A stretch of DNA of 63,428 nt, the filler included, from Octopus bimaculoides (taxonomy: Eukaryota), in NCBI RefSeq assembly GCF_001194135.2. It is 6 parts of 6 records of this genome, joined end to end, with 100 filler letters (N's around TTAATTAATTAA, not from the genome) between each part and the next. Parts side by side here need not be neighbours in the genome. Positions count along the whole stretch, not along the records: positions 61,676 to 63,428 come from NW_026365069.1; 5 more parts are not named here. One strand, 5' to 3'. This document shows, one piece after another, positions 62,341-63,428 of this stretch; within the stretch, counting starts at the first letter, position 1; each line of letters opens with the position of its first letter. A program made the position numbers and the translations under genes. The notes below the pieces were generated by a model. The model ran no database searches and was not told the origin of the DNA. It saw only the letters and a list, made by a program, of their open reading frames with translations.

Positions 62341-63428
62341 NNNNNNNNNNNNNNNNNNNNNNNNNNNNNNNNNNNNNNNNNNNNNNNNNNNNNNNNNNNN
62401 NNNNNNNNNNNNNNNNNNNNNNNNNNNNNNNNNNNNNNNNNNNNNNNNNNNNNNNNNNNNNNNNNNNNNNNNNNNNNNNNNNNNNNNNNNNNNNNNNNNN
62501 NNNNNNNNNNNNNNNNNNNNNNNNNNNNNNNAAAAAAAAAAATCCAGAATAAATAAATAAGTCCAGAATGAACAAAGGTAGAGAGTCCAGAAGTTCGTTT
62601 GTGATGAGTAGAGACAGGATTAGCAAATTTGCAGAAAAGGAATGACGAAAATGGGTGAGGGAACAACAGGCAGGTGTATGGGTTTGACGCCTGGGAAGAA
62701 TGGAAAATCTTTTGACGTTTCGGGCGTACGTTCTTCGACAGAAAGGATTGAGAGGAAAAGAAATGAAGAGAACAAGAAAAAACAAAAAAACAAAAAACAA
62801 AAAAAAACAAGAACAAATATAACCGGAGAAAGAAAATATGNNNNNNNNNNAAAAAACAAAAAACAAAAAAAAACAAGAACAAATATAACCGGAGAAAGAA
62901 AATATGTGTAGGGATTAACGTTCCAGCATGATGAAATGACCTATAGCTCACACACACACAAACACAAATACATATACACACATACACCTGGGTGTATATA
63001 TATATACACAGGTTTGTGTGTGTGTAAGCTATGTAATGAACACTCCGGTCAATTTCGACGTATGAACGTCTTACTGATTGACGTAAGATGTCGAGTGGAT
63101 GAATATCCCATAAACCCGAGTAGCTTTAAGGGAGCTCTCAAGAAGAACTATTGCTACATGTTTGGCCCCCACCCTTGAAATTCAGGTGCGATCCAACCAG
63201 TTTTTGGCTACCCTGTTCCACTTACAAAGTTTTGGGTTGATCCGGAGCTATGGCGTAAATACTTATCCGTGATGTCACCCACTGTCGAATCCTCACGATT
63301 GTGGAGCGAACTCCGCACACACACATGTACAAACACACACACACACGCACGCACACACACGCACACACACGCACACACACGCACACATGCACACACACAT
63401 TTATGAATGTATGTACGTGTATATATAT

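Noticed and set aside
62785-62906. ~55-bp direct repeat around a 10-N gap
   Set aside because: Most likely an unmerged contig overlap.
42-63396. Many ORF-track entries rich in HT, YI, CV, ER or X runs
   Set aside because: They are translations of microsatellites and N gaps, not genes.
1-63428. CRISPR arrays, rRNA genes, prokaryotic operons
   Set aside because: No regularly spaced repeat-spacer arrays, rRNA sequence or dense coding were found; the DNA is eukaryotic.

Overview
AT-rich eukaryotic genomic DNA, heavily gapped and dense in microsatellites. The SINE repertoire and the tandem C2H2 zinc-finger gene suggest a coleoid cephalopod (octopus-like) genome; this is an inference. The window is not one contig. 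Five identical 100-bp spacers (44 N + TTAATTAATTAA + 44 N) split it into six pieces: 1-24424, 24525-44275, 44376-51938, 52039-60049, 60150-61575 and 61676-63428. The only clear host CDS is a poly-C2H2 zinc-finger gene (60358 to >61575). Weak candidate exons of an unnamed minus-strand gene lie at about 37.9-41.3 kb. The rest is mostly a transposon graveyard: CR1, RTE and R4/Dong-like (RLE) LINE fragments, at least four modular tRNA-derived SINE families, a hAT transposase fossil, piggyBac- and Tigger-like MITEs, a Helitron 3' end and a solo LTR. The most striking unannotated signal is a set of type I hammerhead ribozyme folds with palindromic helix III. Four are near-intact (8.05, 12.25, 24.6, 44.9 kb) and several are decayed; they sit next to (TA)n/(TACA)n tracts, consistent with Penelope-like or retrozyme termini. 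Also notable: two R4/Dong-like insertions flanked on both sides by (ACAT)n, one SINE head using tails of two different LINE clades, and two long RNA-like hairpins. All calls were made by eye with no database searches; repeat boundaries are approximate.
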